The translations under genes and the position numbers were made by a program. Positions 9,794-18,095 of a DNA stretch of 32,000 nt are shown here, in pieces. The stretch's first letter is position 1. Each line of letters begins with the position of its first letter. Origin of the DNA: Candidatus Thorarchaeota archaeon (GTDB lineage Archaea; Asgardarchaeota; Heimdallarchaeia; Hodarchaeales; Hodarchaeaceae); contig JBHLRO010000001.1 in NCBI GenBank assembly GCA_048882505.1, positions 270,001 to 302,000 on the forward strand. The letters are read 5' to 3'. The notes under the pieces are model-generated. The model was not told where the DNA came from, did no database searches, and saw only the letters and a list, made by a program, of their open reading frames with translations.

Positions 9794-9830
9794 TTTCTTC
9801 TCTTTTCTTTTTCATTTGTTGTTGCTTTTC
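9794..9830 (+). terminator. Pyrimidine/oligo-T tract, likely archaeal terminator of the Lrp gene
   Basis: TTTCTTCTCTTTTCTTTTTCATTTGTTGTTGCTTTTC begins 14 nt after the Lrp stop, between convergent genes. Confidence 0.5.
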
Positions 9831-9847
9831 TCCAGTTTCTTAATCGT

Positions 9848-11635
9848 TTACTTATCTGGAAAGAGCACGCCATCAATGATTTCGGTTCGTGCCATTTCGA
9901 TATCAAGGTTTTGCCCGTATATTCGTTCGATTGCATCAATAAATGCGGAATGCCGCCGTGCATTTAGAAATTGACTGGTTCTTCTATGAAGTGATGGGCG
10001 TTGAAGAGGCTCTTTTTGGTCCAGCTCTTCCGTCCCAATGGTTTTAGCAAGTGCAATGGTACCTACTGCTCTGTCTTTACTTCTATTTAAGCTAAAGATT
10101 AGCTTTGTTTCGCGTTCATTCATCATAAACAGTTCTTCGATATCAATGGATTGCGGATCAGAGAAGGTAACCGTATGGAATCGGTCAACCGCTGTCTCTA
10201 GCCCACCTAGCATTTGGACAATTTCAGGTACCATCTTAAATTGCGGATTAACTTTAAATTCGATTTTGCTTGTAATTTTGTCTGAATCAAAAGCGCCCTG
10301 GACATAGTAGTTCGCTTCACGTACAGAATCGAATAGCTCAAAGATGTGAAGGTCACCTACTGCATCAATAGTCAGGCCTTGAGCTATGAACGAATAGGGA
10401 GCTATAATAGATGAAAAATCCCTTGCCTTGCGGGTCATCTTTTTCTTCACAGGTTTTGTTACAGATTTATCCTTATCCACCTCTGTAGATCCTTTTTTTC
10501 CAAACAATAAACCTAGAATACGGCCGAAAAGTCCAGGTTTTGATTTTGGTCTCCTAGGATCTAGTGATGGTTTAGATGAGGTCACCTTCTCGGGAACTGG
10601 CTGCTCAGGTTCGATTTTAGTAATGATCGATTCACTAGATCTTTCTAGCGCGTCCCGCCATCCTTCTCTTTCCGCGCCTCTAAATCCTAATATAGTCAAT
10701 ATCTTGGTAAGATTAAGGTCGTCAGCGGGAGTTACGAGTACAAACACGGACTTAGAGGGGATAAACGGATTTCTAATAATGAAAAAGTCGTTAGAACTAT
10801 TTCCTATTCTCCCTCTTAATGAAACAAAATGATACTCCCCTATCTGTTTATCCAGGGCCTTAACAAGGTTCTTGAGTTCGTCCTGTATTTTTTCTAGGTT
10901 TAGCTGAGATTTTCGGCTCCATGCCGCGAGATATGCAGGTTTGCTCGAGTCAAACACAACGGCGCTTTGACTCTCGTTAAAATTCGGAACGCTCACGATT
11001 TCCTTCTTTTGAATTGTATGGCCTACCTGATATTTCTTTAGGAGTTCCCAGATATATCTAGTCAATTCTTTAGATCCTTTATGAGACGGCACTTGGTCAA
11101 AATAGCCGATCTCGGCATCTGGATATCCACGTTGAAGTGCTGCGGAGATAACACCGAGTTCCCATCCTGCAGGCCCCTCTCCTAGGATGTCTGCAGCAAT
11201 CCAAAGGTAGGGGGTTATGTAAGCATCCTTTAACCTTAATAACGAAATTTCCCGTGTGACTCCACGATCACCCATAAATGCGTCTTGCGAGCGGATTTCA
11301 ACCGCCGTCTTGTAGGCTAGATAGATGATTTTTAGCAGTTTTTCGGGAGATTCGCACCTCTTTTGTCCCATGATAAAAATATTAACAACCGTACGATAAC
11401 GGTCTTCGTCTGTACATCCACTAGGTAGTACAGATGAAGTAATAATGAAATCTGCGACAAATAAGGCTTTTGATGCAGTTTCTGAACTAAGTCCCTTTTC
11501 CGTTGCAAAAGATATCCATTCAGGTGAATATGTAGGATATTTAGCGAGACGATCGGCTAGATTATATTCCTTCTCGAGATTGGAAAGCATATTCCGTAGT
11601 ACTGTTTCATTTGGTATAAAAACTTGCCTTTGCAT
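9848..11635 (-). CDS. Hypothetical 595-aa protein with two possible roadblock/longin-like domains and an internal amphipathic helix
   Basis: Long ORF with ATG and no TM segment. It has a helical N-terminus, two alpha/beta segments, and a K/P-rich linker containing KPGLFGRILGLLFGKK. Fold calls are pattern-level only. Confidence 0.6.
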   Translation of the reverse strand: MQRQVFIPNETVLRNMLSNLEKEYNLADRLAKYPTYSPEWISFATEKGLSSETASKALFVADFIITSSVLPSGCTDEDRYRTVVNIFIMGQKRCESPEKLLKIIYLAYKTAVEIRSQDAFMGDRGVTREISLLRLKDAYITPYLWIAADILGEGPAGWELGVISAALQRGYPDAEIGYFDQVPSHKGSKELTRYIWELLKKYQVGHTIQKKEIVSVPNFNESQSAVVFDSSKPAYLAAWSRKSQLNLEKIQDELKNLVKALDKQIGEYHFVSLRGRIGNSSNDFFIIRNPFIPSKSVFVLVTPADDLNLTKILTILGFRGAEREGWRDALERSSESIITKIEPEQPVPEKVTSSKPSLDPRRPKSKPGLFGRILGLLFGKKGSTEVDKDKSVTKPVKKKMTRKARDFSSIIAPYSFIAQGLTIDAVGDLHIFELFDSVREANYYVQGAFDSDKITSKIEFKVNPQFKMVPEIVQMLGGLETAVDRFHTVTFSDPQSIDIEELFMMNERETKLIFSLNRSKDRAVGTIALAKTIGTEELDQKEPLQRPSLHRRTSQFLNARRHSAFIDAIERIYGQNLDIEMARTEIIDGVLFPDK

Positions 11636-11835
11636 GGTTCATCCGCCAGCGTCTATGGCGATAACGAGTTCAATGGCCTTTAAAGGGCTATATTCGACAA
11701 AGATCGAGAGAGATGACAGTAAACTTCGTAACAGCTAATAGAAGACCCACAGATTTTTAAAAGGTGTTGCAATTATTGGGAGATAAATGAATGATTTTAA
11801 TGATTTTCCTAATAGATAAGCAAAGGTGAACCTTA

Positions 11836-12309
11836 ATGGGCCGTAGAGTATATGTAAAAGGGAAAAAAACGTACGCCAAGGGTCAGGCGCCAGATTTATC
11901 GAAAAGTAACCGCTATCAGAACATTATTAGTCTTAGTAGCATTCGCGTCGAAGATGTTCATGAAACAAATCCTATAGACAGAACAGGTGAATTTTATTTT
12001 CAAGTTGGCGGGAAAGGAGTTATCAAACAAGATGTTCGGGTACCCTATGAGGGTACAATCAATGTTAAGGAAAATATGACGTATACGTCAAAGCAAGATT
12101 TCACCTTATGGCTAGAATTCGACGAAACGAGTAAAGCGAAGACAAAAGCGATCCCTATCAAACTTAGAGAAGCGGATGCGTCCAAGGATGATACAGTAAT
12201 AAAAACGGACATCAATTTGGTTTATGGCTCAGGTACAAAACATGAAGTAATAAAGGGAAAAGGGGTAACAGTTAAGCTAAAAATATCATCCCATAAGACC
12301 AGATTCTAA
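11836..12309 (+). CDS. Small all-beta protein, C2-domain-like
   Basis: Alternating-hydrophobic strands with acidic loops at C2 Ca2+-loop positions (RVEDVHETNPIDRTGEFYFQV; IPIKLREADASKDDTVI). GGTGA RBS upstream. Confidence 0.55.
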   Translation: MGRRVYVKGKKTYAKGQAPDLSKSNRYQNIISLSSIRVEDVHETNPIDRTGEFYFQVGGKGVIKQDVRVPYEGTINVKENMTYTSKQDFTLWLEFDETSKAKTKAIPIKLREADASKDDTVIKTDINLVYGSGTKHEVIKGKGVTVKLKISSHKTRF

Positions 12310-12344
12310 TTATTAGATCAGATTTCCGACCTCTGGTGATCCTG

Positions 12345-12926
12345 TTGTCTTCAAATGAAAGAAACGAGAAAATTTCGAAAGGAGAGGGATTATTTGATAA
12401 AATTAAAAAGGGAGGTAAAGAATTTGTTGAGGGGGTTAAAGAGGAAATAAATACAGGCATGGCAAGTGTCGAAGAAAAAACCCAGGAATTCAAGTCGGAA
12501 CAAAGCACAAAGGTGCGATCAGCAGTTGCAAGGCGAAAAACACAAACCACCACGCCAGAGGAGCTGTATTTTTCTACCTGGGCGTGGTTTTGGGCCCTCA
12601 TATTCAGTATAATAGGTTGCTTCTTCCTTTTTTTAGTTGGATTAACGAATTCCCGCTTTTTTTATCTCGGTTTGTTGTCTCTCCTGGCTTTCCCGTTCAT
12701 TGCAGGCTGGTGTTTGATTCATATGATTCCGACCGTTAAGATTTTTGGATATACAATATTTGACAGACGCAAGCTTTCACTTAGACGTCAGCTTTCAGTA
12801 GGTAAGGAAATTGCCCGCCTTTTTTCTCGAGAATTTATTAACGATGAACCTTTGTTCGCTTTTTTGCTTTTTCTATTCATTCTCGCTTTTGGCTTCGCTT
12901 TAGCGATCGCCTTTATCTCGGTTTAA
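12345..12926 (+). CDS. Small membrane protein (about 3 TM) with charged amphipathic N-terminus
   Basis: TTG 12345 follows GGTGAT at 12335-12340, so the track's GTG start is probably part of the RBS. Hydrophobic segments: WAWFWALIFSIIGCFFLFLVGL, FFYLGLLSLLAFPFIAGWCLI and LFAFLLFLFILAFGFALAIAFISV. Confidence 0.7.
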   Translation: MSSNERNEKISKGEGLFDKIKKGGKEFVEGVKEEINTGMASVEEKTQEFKSEQSTKVRSAVARRKTQTTTPEELYFSTWAWFWALIFSIIGCFFLFLVGLTNSRFFYLGLLSLLAFPFIAGWCLIHMIPTVKIFGYTIFDRRKLSLRRQLSVGKEIARLFSREFINDEPLFAFLLFLFILAFGFALAIAFISV

Positions 12927-12990
12927 CCAATCATGGAGAGGATTAGGCAAATGCGAATGAAATTTCCATTGGAGCTTCATTAATCGATCG

Positions 12991-13015
12991 GAGGGGAGTT
13001 TCTTGAATTCTCCTC
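12991..13015 (+). promoter_or_regulatory. 11-bp RNA hairpin between the small membrane gene and tldD
   Basis: GAGGGGAGTTT-CTT-GAATTCTCCTC pairs fully on the + strand, including three G-U pairs. Confidence 0.35.
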
Positions 13016-13122
13016 TAGGCTGAAAATTCCAAATCATATGCTTGCCTTGACCCAACGCATTTTAAATTGGTGGTGAGGTGGAGCTTAAGGCAAATTGAAC
13101 GATTTTGATAAGAGTACTGGTC

Positions 13123-14565
13123 GTGATTATTATCGAAGATTTACTTATTTTTGCGGCAAGAGAAGCTGAAGGGTCTGGAGCTTTCATTGAAGCGCGTTAT
13201 GAGGATTTAACCCTAAAAACCCTTGTTAGAGAAAAAGATACACTAAAAGAAGTAATCAATAACAGGCGATTGGGAATAGCAATAACTGCGTATTACCAGG
13301 GAGTTCAAGGTTTTTCTTTTACAGCGTCCGCAGAAAAAAAAGATATAAGTGAAACTGTCGCCAGGGCAATAAAAATCGCAAAGGTTAGCGAACCCACAGC
13401 TCGCTTGAGGCTACCCTTTGATACTGACGCTAATTTACCCGACGTACGAACCCCGTTGGCTCCCAAACATATCAAAAAGCATCCACTTGACTTCGATTTA
13501 GAGTTCAAGAAAGAAATGGTAGATCGTGCTGTTAATACGGTACTATCTTTCAAGAAACCTGAAGCAAATTCAGTTATTGGGAGATACGGAGAGTTAACTG
13601 GCATTAAAATGCTGTACACCTCTGATGATAGGATGGCGGTTTGGAATCCCCTAATTACGGATCTTCGCATAGGAGCTATCGTTAAAGATGATCGTGGAGA
13701 ATTGCTTCGCGCTGGTGGCGGGAGTGGTGGAGCTTGGGGATTGGATTATTGGGATGGGAACGACAACACTCCAGAGAAACTAGCGGAAAATGCCTATAAT
13801 TGGGCCGTTGAAAAATGTGGTGCAAAAAAACCACCTGCAGGGGAGCATCGAGCGCTTACCGATCCTAAACTATCCGCAGTACTTGTACATGAAAGTTTTG
13901 GTCATCTATGTGAGGCCGACGGTGTTGTCGAAAATACTAGTCCGCTTGCTGGAAAGATTGGGAAAAAGATAGCTACGGAAGAAGTTTCGGCCATAGATGT
14001 AGGTGTTATGGACGGAACAGCAGGTGGATTATATCTACCATTCGATGATCAAGGTGTTCCGACCGCTCGGACGGTTTTAGTTGAAAAAGGAATACTTAAG
14101 TCCTACCTACATAATCGTGGAACGGAACATTATCTCCCTGAAACGGGAGGTTTGAGCGGTAACGCTCGTGCCATTACTTATCGCTTTCCCCCGATTCCAC
14201 GCATGAAAAACACCATTTTCTTGCCTGGATCAGTTAAAACTGAGGAAGAAATGCTAGAACTTCTTGACACAGGTATCTACTCGATTGATACCACGGGAGG
14301 ATCTGTGGCGTTAGGTGAATTCCAGTTTTTCGCAACCCGGGGATACTGGATTGAAAACGGAGAAAAGAAATATCCTCTAAGAGATCATCTGCTAACCGGA
14401 CATATTCTACAGGCGTTGCAAAAAGTTGAAGCATTAAGCCAGGATTCTATTCTTCTATCTGGATATTTTGGAGGTTGTGGAAAAGCTGGTCAATTCCCAC
14501 TTTCAGTTGGAATGGGCGCCCCTCATATGCTGTTTTCGGGAATTCAAATCGGTGGGGAAACTTAA
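13123..14565 (+). CDS. tldD: TldD metalloprotease subunit (start uncertain, 13105-13132)
   Basis: HExxxH zinc motif VLVHESFGHLCEAD, PFDDQG, SGNARA, PIPRMKNT and C-terminal GCGKAGQ. Confidence 0.93.
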   Translation: MIIIEDLLIFAAREAEGSGAFIEARYEDLTLKTLVREKDTLKEVINNRRLGIAITAYYQGVQGFSFTASAEKKDISETVARAIKIAKVSEPTARLRLPFDTDANLPDVRTPLAPKHIKKHPLDFDLEFKKEMVDRAVNTVLSFKKPEANSVIGRYGELTGIKMLYTSDDRMAVWNPLITDLRIGAIVKDDRGELLRAGGGSGGAWGLDYWDGNDNTPEKLAENAYNWAVEKCGAKKPPAGEHRALTDPKLSAVLVHESFGHLCEADGVVENTSPLAGKIGKKIATEEVSAIDVGVMDGTAGGLYLPFDDQGVPTARTVLVEKGILKSYLHNRGTEHYLPETGGLSGNARAITYRFPPIPRMKNTIFLPGSVKTEEEMLELLDTGIYSIDTTGGSVALGEFQFFATRGYWIENGEKKYPLRDHLLTGHILQALQKVEALSQDSILLSGYFGGCGKAGQFPLSVGMGAPHMLFSGIQIGGET

Positions 14566-14586
14566 GACTAGTTAGAGGTGATTGTT

Positions 14587-15975
14587 TTGCCGAAGATACA
14601 ATTTGAAGAACTAAGGGACTACCTACAGCGGTTAGCAGAAGAAGGGGTGAAATATGGCCTAGGTTCATATCCTAAAGCTGAGATCGAGGTCTATCTTGCC
14701 TACGGGTATGAAGCAGAAGTTGCAATTGAACAGGGAATTCCTAAAGCTAAGGATGGAGCGTCAGGTGGAGTTGGAGTCCGAATCGCATTGGAAAAAAACC
14801 TGGGTTTTGCAGCGGCATCAGGACTTAGTAGAGATGTGATTAAATCGACGGTAGATGAATCATATGTTACAATGCGAGCTATTTCCGCCCCTGATAACAA
14901 ATTTGAGGGCTTTGCAGATCCAGTACAAAAAAATTCGAAAGATGGTATAATTTTTAAGCCGATTCTTGACATTACTTCAGCTGATCTTATTGAACGAGTA
15001 AATACAATCACTGCGGAAGCGAATGGAATTGACAGCAGGATTGTATCAATTTCTGGTGAATCTGGAGTCTCTTATGGCGGTTTTTCGGTCACAAACTCTC
15101 GTGATGTAAATGTAGCAAGTACTATGGCTGCCAGTTATATAGTAATCGAGTGTATCGCTCAGGAACAAGAAAAAAGGAAAGTAGGCTTCGAATTTGATGT
15201 TTCACGGGCCAGAGAGCTAGAATGGAATGATCTAGCTGAACTGGCTGCAAGGCATGCACTCGATCTTCTTGATACGCGAAAACTTTCAAAATCGGAAGTT
15301 CTTTCTACCGTGTGGGAACCACGTGTAAGTTCCACATTCATTCTTAATAGTTTGGCCAGGGCATTGAACGGCAGACAGGTTGTCGAAGGACGATCACGCT
15401 TTGCAGATAGAATCGGAGAAGAAATTGCTCATCCAAACTTTGGATTGGTGGATAACGGTCAACTCCCTGAAGGACTAAATACGAGTGCATTTGATGCGGA
15501 AGGCATACCCAGGCAGGAAACCGTACTTGTAGAAAGGGGTACTCTTCGAAGCTTTTTATTCGATTCTTACTACGCCAGAATCCATGGAACTGAATCTACG
15601 GGAAATGCAACACGTTCAGGACAAGAATCATTTTCAAATACTCCGAATGTAGGGATAACAACTCTCGATGTCCCTTCAGGCACCTCTAGTACTGCTGATG
15701 CCATCTCAAACATTGATGAAGGAATCTATATTCAGGATTATATTATGGGGTTATCACATTCTGACCCAATCAGCGGGGATTTTTCTGCTGTATCTCCACA
15801 AAGCTCCTTAATCAAGAATGGTGAAATTGTTGGTGCTTTGGAGCCGATCACAGTTGCGGGGAATTTTTATACGGCATTATTAAATATCCAGGCCATTTGC
15901 AATGACGCAACGCTCACACCTTGGAACATCAAAATCCCCACCATGATCATTGACGGTTTCACGGTCTCTGGTTAA
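14587..15975 (+). CDS. pmbA: PmbA/TldE subunit
   Basis: TldD paralog lacking HExxH, with FDAEG, STGNA and ITVAGNFY motifs. Lies directly downstream of tldD. TTG start 6 nt after GAGGTG. Confidence 0.92.
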   Translation: MPKIQFEELRDYLQRLAEEGVKYGLGSYPKAEIEVYLAYGYEAEVAIEQGIPKAKDGASGGVGVRIALEKNLGFAAASGLSRDVIKSTVDESYVTMRAISAPDNKFEGFADPVQKNSKDGIIFKPILDITSADLIERVNTITAEANGIDSRIVSISGESGVSYGGFSVTNSRDVNVASTMAASYIVIECIAQEQEKRKVGFEFDVSRARELEWNDLAELAARHALDLLDTRKLSKSEVLSTVWEPRVSSTFILNSLARALNGRQVVEGRSRFADRIGEEIAHPNFGLVDNGQLPEGLNTSAFDAEGIPRQETVLVERGTLRSFLFDSYYARIHGTESTGNATRSGQESFSNTPNVGITTLDVPSGTSSTADAISNIDEGIYIQDYIMGLSHSDPISGDFSAVSPQSSLIKNGEIVGALEPITVAGNFYTALLNIQAICNDATLTPWNIKIPTMIIDGFTVSG

Positions 15976-16028
15976 TTTTTCGAGATAGTTGGTTTTCTCC
16001 TCATCGAAGGGGAAAAACTACGAACCTA

Positions 16029-17870
16029 TCATTCCTGAGAATCATATATTGGAAGAGATAGGTAAAAAGTTGTCCCCCTGGGTGAATTCTCTTCAAACCA
16101 GATTTTACCTTGATATGCTTGAACAATATTGTATGATATTGACAACCCAAAGCCGCTCCCTCGTTTTTCGGGTGGCCCAATTGATGCAAACGGTTTGAAA
16201 ATTTCGTCCTGACCATTGTGTGGTATTCCAGGGCCATTATCGCTGATTCTAAATAACCACTGTCGTTGGTTCTCTTGTTTTCTTATCTCTACCTCTATAG
16301 TTCCCCCATTTGGGCTGAATTTAATGGCATTGTCCAATAGGTTTCGAAGGACACTATTAATCCTATAGTCTGCCGGAACCAAGATTTCCTCCAGATCTGA
16401 AGGCCATTTTTCTTTCAGTTGGAGTTCCTTCTTCTCCAACTCTATATTATAGGTTCTTTTTATAACGCTAAATTCCTTTCGGAGGTTCATCGGTTTTAAT
16501 TCTAGCTCACTATAATCATGTGTATCAAGAGTAACAACGTATTCCAGGGTATGATCAATGATATCTTCCATTCCTCTGGCTCTAAATGCTATTGATTCAA
16601 GATATCGCTCAGTTTCTAATGAAGTATTTTTAACGGCAAGGTTGGAACTCAATAAATCGGCGAAACCTCGGATTACATGTATAGAATTCTTCAAATCATG
16701 AGAAATGATGTTTAACAGGCTTTGTTTAAACTCATTACTTGTCTTTAGGAGGTTAGTAACCTCTCGTTCAGAGGTTATGTCCTGAATGAAATATATGTAA
16801 CCAATGTGACTATCTCCCTCGTGGAGTGCTTCTATAAGAATCCGAAAATAACTTTTACGAGATTGATCTGGCAGGGTTCCTTCGATTTCCAAATTAATTT
16901 TTGCGTTAGGATCGCTAGAGAGGGTTATCAACCCCTTTTCGATATCCTGAATTTGGTCAATGTAGGGAGTCAGTCTCCTCTGTTTAGCAAGAAATGAGAA
17001 AAAATTCATCCCTATGGAAGTCTCCCGAGACTCAGTGAAAGGCGGATCGGTAATATAAGTCCAACCTTGGGGATTTACGTCAATTATCCTATGATCTAAG
17101 GTGGTAATTATTATGCCCAGATTCGTGGTTTTAAATATCAAATTGTGTGCGGCGGGTAGAATACCCAGCAGATCGAAATTATACATACCGATGAGGAAGA
17201 TTGAAGTGAAAACCATAAATGTTAACGGCGTTATATTCAGGTAAATGGAGAAAGGGAATAATTCGATAATATCGATTATTAGGCCTGCCAATATAGCTGA
17301 CACAGAGGCTAGAAAAGTAATAACCTGCTTTTTATAGAGAGGATGCGGGTTTAACAAGTAGGAACGTACAACCATAAACACGGCAACTATCACAAACGAA
17401 GCGGATATTATTATATGTGCCCAAAGGAATGGACCGGGATTATATGTCAGTGATGGAAACGCAGCCTCTTCGTAAAGCTCAATATGGTCAAAAATCAATT
17501 CATGAGATGCATTTGTCAGTACCAAAACGTAAATAAGCGTTCCTGGAACAAAGAAAGGAATAAGACGTCGTCGATTTAGGAAAAAATACTCCGCATAGTG
17601 AGTAAAGGATAAACTGAATAAGAAAAAGAAAACGGGGAGATACATGATACTGAAATATTGAATATACAACCAAAAAACCATAGTTGAGTAATCTACAGCC
17701 AAAATCTCAAAAATGTAGCCAATTCCCCACCAAGAAGTGGTTCCAGTCATTAGGACGAACATATAATTGGTTCTAGTACGCGGGTAAAACGCAAACACGT
17801 AGAGCGTCAATAGACTTACAATGATAGCAGAGAGAATATAAGGAATAACTGCCATTGTGAACTCATACAC
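16029..17870 (-). CDS. Sensor histidine kinase: HisKA_7TM-type membrane domain, PAS-like domain, HisKA, HATPase_c
   Basis: Seven-TM N-terminus. H-box ISHDLKN, N-box NLLDNAIKFS, G1 DNGPGIP, F-box IFKPF, G2 GSGFGLSI. Confidence 0.92.
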   Translation of the reverse strand: MYEFTMAVIPYILSAIIVSLLTLYVFAFYPRTRTNYMFVLMTGTTSWWGIGYIFEILAVDYSTMVFWLYIQYFSIMYLPVFFFLFSLSFTHYAEYFFLNRRRLIPFFVPGTLIYVLVLTNASHELIFDHIELYEEAAFPSLTYNPGPFLWAHIIISASFVIVAVFMVVRSYLLNPHPLYKKQVITFLASVSAILAGLIIDIIELFPFSIYLNITPLTFMVFTSIFLIGMYNFDLLGILPAAHNLIFKTTNLGIIITTLDHRIIDVNPQGWTYITDPPFTESRETSIGMNFFSFLAKQRRLTPYIDQIQDIEKGLITLSSDPNAKINLEIEGTLPDQSRKSYFRILIEALHEGDSHIGYIYFIQDITSEREVTNLLKTSNEFKQSLLNIISHDLKNSIHVIRGFADLLSSNLAVKNTSLETERYLESIAFRARGMEDIIDHTLEYVVTLDTHDYSELELKPMNLRKEFSVIKRTYNIELEKKELQLKEKWPSDLEEILVPADYRINSVLRNLLDNAIKFSPNGGTIEVEIRKQENQRQWLFRISDNGPGIPHNGQDEIFKPFASIGPPEKRGSGFGLSISYNIVQAYQGKIWFEENSPRGTTFYLSLPIYDSQE

Positions 17871-18095
17871 TTAAATCAGTCTCCTAGGGTATCCACGCGT
17901 GTCTTACAATAACTCCAATAGACCTTTCATTAAAATGGATCCTTATTGAAGATATCTCCAAAAAAATGCAAGCAATGTACTTGATTAAATGCTGCCGCTC
18001 TTGCCATAGTTACGTAAACTTCAGATATGCCATAGAGGTCGAATTTCACATAGCACCAAATCGGCCCAAATTAGATGGATATTCGAAGGATCGCT

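Noticed and set aside
13105-15975. tldD-pmbA as part of a RiPP/microcin cluster
   Set aside because: No YcaO, radical SAM, precursor peptide or exporter nearby. It looks like the ordinary housekeeping pair.
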